In this document: one piece after another, positions 57,942-64,000 of the stretch
Position numbering within the stretch: position 1 is the stretch's first letter
Layout of the letters: the number at the start of each line of letters is the position of its first letter
Notes under the pieces: model-generated
Database searches by the model: none
What the model saw: the letters and a program-made list of their open reading frames with translations, nothing else
Told to the model about the DNA's origin: nothing
Source of the DNA: the human T2T-CHM13v2.0 reference genome, Homo sapiens
Strand: one strand, 5' to 3'
Assembly (NCBI RefSeq): GCF_009914755.1
Contig: NC_060929.1
DNA length: 64,000 nucleotides
Made by a program: the position numbers and the translations under genes

Positions 57942-60049
57942 GTCAGGACCATTTATGTGGCTCTCAATTACATATACACTACTTTATATTGCAGTTGTTT
58001 ATTTATGTTATATTGCAGTTATTTATTTATGTTTCATCTCTTTTCCTGAGAAATTACCTTCCTGATAATCCAATGCAGAGATAAATTAAGAAAATCTGTA
58101 GGAAAGAATAGATCATCAAGTCCCTTGCAACATTCTTCTGAGGTTGTAATAATCTCCTCTAGGATGCTTTGCAGGATTTCCCTGGACTAGGTTGGCTTTT
58201 CCTGCTACTTTCTCCCATTACAGGTCTCCCTATGGCAGCACTGCTTATATCACTTGGAACTTGAATCTATTTTGGTAAAAAAAAAGTTAAAAATTAAATT
58301 ATCAGAAGGATATTGGGGATGCCTGCAGAGTAATCAAAATAGGATCTATATTGTTATAGAGCCAGGCACATTAATGCCATCAGCTTTAGCCCTTTATGTT
58401 GTGATTTTACTTTATTCCAAATGTCAGCTTTATCCTGTTGGATGTGCTGATCTTTTTTCTCTACATTCAGCCAGTTCCATTCTCATGTTCTGGAAGCCTG
58501 TGACAGAGGGGGAATATGCATTTCAAGATCAGAAGATCCAGAGTGAAAATGATTGGAATGGCCTGAGTCACAGTTCCAATCCTAGACCAAGGCATCTGGC
58601 TAGGGATGTGAGAGATGATGAGTGACAGATACAGTGACAGCAAGTGGTTGATGGGATCTGAGTTGTGAGAGAGGGTCTGTGAAAAATGAAAGACCTGCAT
58701 AAGAAGAGGAGAAGCAGAAATATGAACATTGTTGTGAGTCAGGTCTTTACCCAACTCTGTGCTGCTTATTCTACTTTTTTGTGCAAGATTGATTATGTGT
58801 GTTTAATAGAATGCAGTAAAGAACAGTGTTGGAGGGCAGCTGTGGAGTCCACTTGAGTGGGACTCTACCACTCTGCCACTTACCTACTTTGTGGCCTTGA
58901 GAAAGGTACTTAATTTCCCTGGGTTGCAGTTTGTTCACCTAAAAACGTGGCAATAATAGTAATACTGTTTCAGAGTTGGCGCAAAATTAGGATAATATAT
59001 GTAACATATTTAGAATAATGATGGGTATTCCTTATATAAATGTTAGATGTTAGCTACTATGAATTTTTCTGTTGTTCCACTAGACTGTAGGACCCCTGAA
59101 GGCAGGCAACCTTGGGCTTCTTTCTCCCAGCACCTAGCACAATGGCTGTTACTTAGTAAGCAGTCAGTAATGGTGTGTTGTTGTCAGTGAACACAGACTG
59201 AGTTCAGTGAGCAATGTCTTGGAAAGCCTCTACTGCACCTAGGACTTTCAGCTATACTGAGACAGAAAAATGAAATCCTCTCTGGACTGGAAAGCAGAAG
59301 CCAGACGTGTGGGCAACCAAACTGTAACTGTTTCCATGTCGAATTGACTTTGCCTTTAGCGAATCATAGCACTGAGGAGAGTCACGTTTAAGCAGCAAAT
59401 TTGTATAGCAAATTAACATGCCAAAAAAGGCATGCAAGACTTTTACTTGATTTTTTTTCCCTCCTCTCTGGGGAATTTATCTTATTTGGGTCTTATCTTG
59501 GAATTTATCTTATCTTGAACTTATTCAGACTGCATTGGTTTAATTTGCTATCAACTGGGGCTATATAGTGCACTGGAATTTAATGTGCTGTATATGTGAA
59601 ATATTTACCAAATAACCACATAACCAAGATATGGAGGACCTACTTTAAGAGGAGATTCTTGCAAAGCACCTTAAAAGCATACACTCAATAATCACTATGG
59701 CGTGACTGCATACAGGGAGATAATCAGTTGTTTTAACTTTTAATTTAAGCAGTAGCAGAATGACTTTTTGGGAACTTAGGAATTTGGAAACCTTTTTATT
59801 CTATGTATTGAATATCAATTATGTAATTTAGTCTAAGGTTATATGCTAGAAACATTTCAAAAACGAAAGCAGCAGCAATGACAGCAAAAATGTGTGTCAA
59901 AAGCAATTGGTTTTAAATAGAAATACATCATTTTAACAATCTTGAAGTTTAAAAGATCCTATAAAAATCACAAACCCAGAAGGACAAACAAGAAAAGATT
60001 GATACATTTAACTACATAAAATTTAAAACTACATTACTGAAAAAAAATC

Positions 60050-60336
60050 TGAGACAGGGTCTCTGTCACCCAGGCTGGGGTGCAGTGGTGCGATCACAGC
60101 TTACTGCAGCCTTGACTTCCCAGGCTTAAGGGCTCATGTAATCCTCCCATCTTAGCCTCCCAAGTAGATGGGACCACAGGCATGCATCACCACACTCGAC
60201 TAATGTTTAATTTTTTTGTTGTTGAGACAGTCTCCCTATGTTGCTCAGGCTGGTCTCTAACTCCTGGGCTCAAGTGATTCTCCTGCCTCAGCCTCTCAAA
60301 GTGCTAGAATTACAGGTATGAACCACTGAGCCTGGC
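60050..60336 (-). mobile_element. AluJ-type SINE
   Basis: GAGACAGGGTCTC...CTCCTGGGCTCAAGTGAT. Confidence 0.8.
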
Positions 60337-60824
60337 TTTAAAAGTTTTTAAAATCAAAAGCCAAATGGACAACCTAGAAAAAATACTCCTGAGATATGTT
60401 AAACAGAGTTAATTTACTTACCATTTTTAAGTGTGCTTACATATCAAAAAATCTAATAACTCATTAAAGATATGTAAAATATATACAAAAGCAGTTTGCT
60501 GAAAAAATACACATATAAATATATGCAGCTTCACTCAGCATTAAAGAAATAAAGTAAATCAATAATTCAATCTTTTTCACTTGTCAGATGAAGAACAGTT
60601 AATGTAGTAGTGTTGGCAAGGTGGTGGACAAAAAGTTATTTTTATATGTTTTTGGTATCAAGAATATTTGATGCAACATCTTTGAAGAGCCAGTTAATAA
60701 TATCTGTAAAATTAGAAAATTAACATATTCTTTGCCCAGCATTTCTACTTTTATCAACTTTGCTTGTAAACAGACACAGAAGCCCATCAAGAATGCTCAA
60801 AGTAGTTTTGGTAATCATAGATAA

Positions 60825-62237
<1,413 letters not shown>

Positions 62238-64000
62238 TAAGTTAAATATTTTATGGTACATTTACACAATAAAATACAAATTAGCTACTTAAAAATAATG
62301 AGATCTATATGTGATGGTATGAATGGACAGAGGCAATGTGTTATACAGAAAGGGTTTAACAATGTATGCTCCTATTGGAATGATAGTATGTTACTATTGC
62401 TGTTAGGAAGGAGTACATATATGCAGAGAGAATCTCTTAAAGGGTACACAAGGATTTGTTAATGGTTGCTTCATGGAACTGGAACTGCAAACTTGGAAGA
62501 GGAAGATAGCTTAGTTTTCACTGAATAATTGTTGTACTTAAAAAAATTTGTAATTTTTAGTTTTCAGTGGACCAGATATTTTGCTTCTGGTTTATAATGT
62601 CTCATCTTCAAAGTCAGCTGAGTTAGGTTTAATTAGCTCCATTTTACAGACACAGACATTGTTATTTGAAAGATTGAGTAACTAGTCTAAGGTTACACAG
62701 CTGGTGTCCTCGTTGCCTGTTCAGTAGAAAGGTTTACATAAACAGCAAGGTGTGCTGTTCTCAATAGACTCACTTATGTTCATGATTTGGTACTTGCTCA
62801 AGCTGGAATCAATTTTTAGAAAAAATAAAATCTTTTGCAAAGATTTTTACCTCAAAAATAGAAAAAAAGGGCATTCCTGCCTTACCTTCTACAAGGGTCT
62901 TCTCTGAAATTCCAAGCATCAGGGTGTTATAACAGACTCTAAAAAGGGTTTCCTTTTTTCTTTCCTTTAACATTGCTTATTGCACAGCATGTTGAGACAG
63001 AGAAGATGGTAAGTGAAATAAAACAAAGGAAATAAAAAGTATCATCACTGGGTTTCAGAATCAGCATGGTTTATGCTAAGGGAAAGACTTGGAAACCTTG
63101 ATTCAACATATAATTCTAAAAAGAGACAGGAAGAAATCCCACCTTGTTTCCTCTGATTCTACCTTTGGGATGGGTAGGTATGTTATACAATAAGAATAAC
63201 ATTAAGATGACTGCTATAAAAATAGTGGTTAAGAGCCTGGGTCCAGAATGAGAAAGGTGGATATTGAATTTACCTGAGTGCAACTAGGCAGACTCAAGTG
63301 AGTTGATTTTACCCACTCCTCCACTCAAATACTGGGTATGGCTTTGCAAAAACATTCAACCAGTTATCCACATAGTTGGTCTTAACTTTCCATGTGACTA
63401 TAATGAATATAAACTTGCTAATGAGCAGAGTGTGATTTTAGTGTTTAAACTATTTTTTCCCGAATAATAGTTCCTAGATGCAGTTAATGAGCCTTATTGG
63501 GTACCCACACAAAGGAGATAGAATTGTCTGTTGGACTTTTTGAAAAACTTTCTTGGTTTTAAAAAAGGTACATTTCTAAAGGATTTTTATGTGTAGTTTT
63601 GACTAAACAAGTCTTTGCCTTACTTTCTGTTTTTAAAATCTAACCTCAACATTAATATGTCACTATACTGGTTATAACCATAACAAATTATTTCATCTCT
63701 CTGAGCCTGAGTACCCTCAACTGTATACACTATAAGGATGTGAAGATAGAAAGTGACATAAAAATGAAACATGTACTGACCACCCTCATAAACAGATCCC
63801 TCATACATATAGAATGTCTGTGCCTGGTTGATTAGTGAAGGAATGTGTACTCACCCAAAAGAAAAACTCTGAAATAAGTACTTTTAGATATTTACTTTTT
63901 CAATATTCCAAGTAATTATCACAACATTAAGGTGCATTCAGCTTTGTGTGTTAACGTGGTATACCTCCAGGCAACTTTTAGGATACTGTACAGATACAAT

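Overview
Primate, almost certainly human (it carries an AluYa5), genomic DNA covering the 5' end of STK32A on the + strand: CpG-island promoter and non-coding exon 1 (~24930-25168), exon 2 with the start codon (29506-29653, MGANTSRKPPVFDENED...), then a long intron 2. No further kinase exon is visible. Most of the rest is transposon-derived: an internally deleted L1PA7-like element that appears to carry a 3' transduction inside its TSDs, an antisense LTR10/HERVIP10F(H)-type provirus with four nested insertions, a MER11 solo LTR inside an Alu, many Alus and older repeats. The most unusual structure is an ~8 kb SATR1/SATR2-like satellite cassette directly upstream of the promoter. Its ~75-bp internally palindromic monomers form two opposite-facing arms around a ~350-bp AT-rich core. 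It is capped at both ends by a GC-rich monomer variant in direct orientation, shows higher-order repeat structure shared between the arms, and appears to split the CpG island. Repeat family names are from recognition, not a database search.
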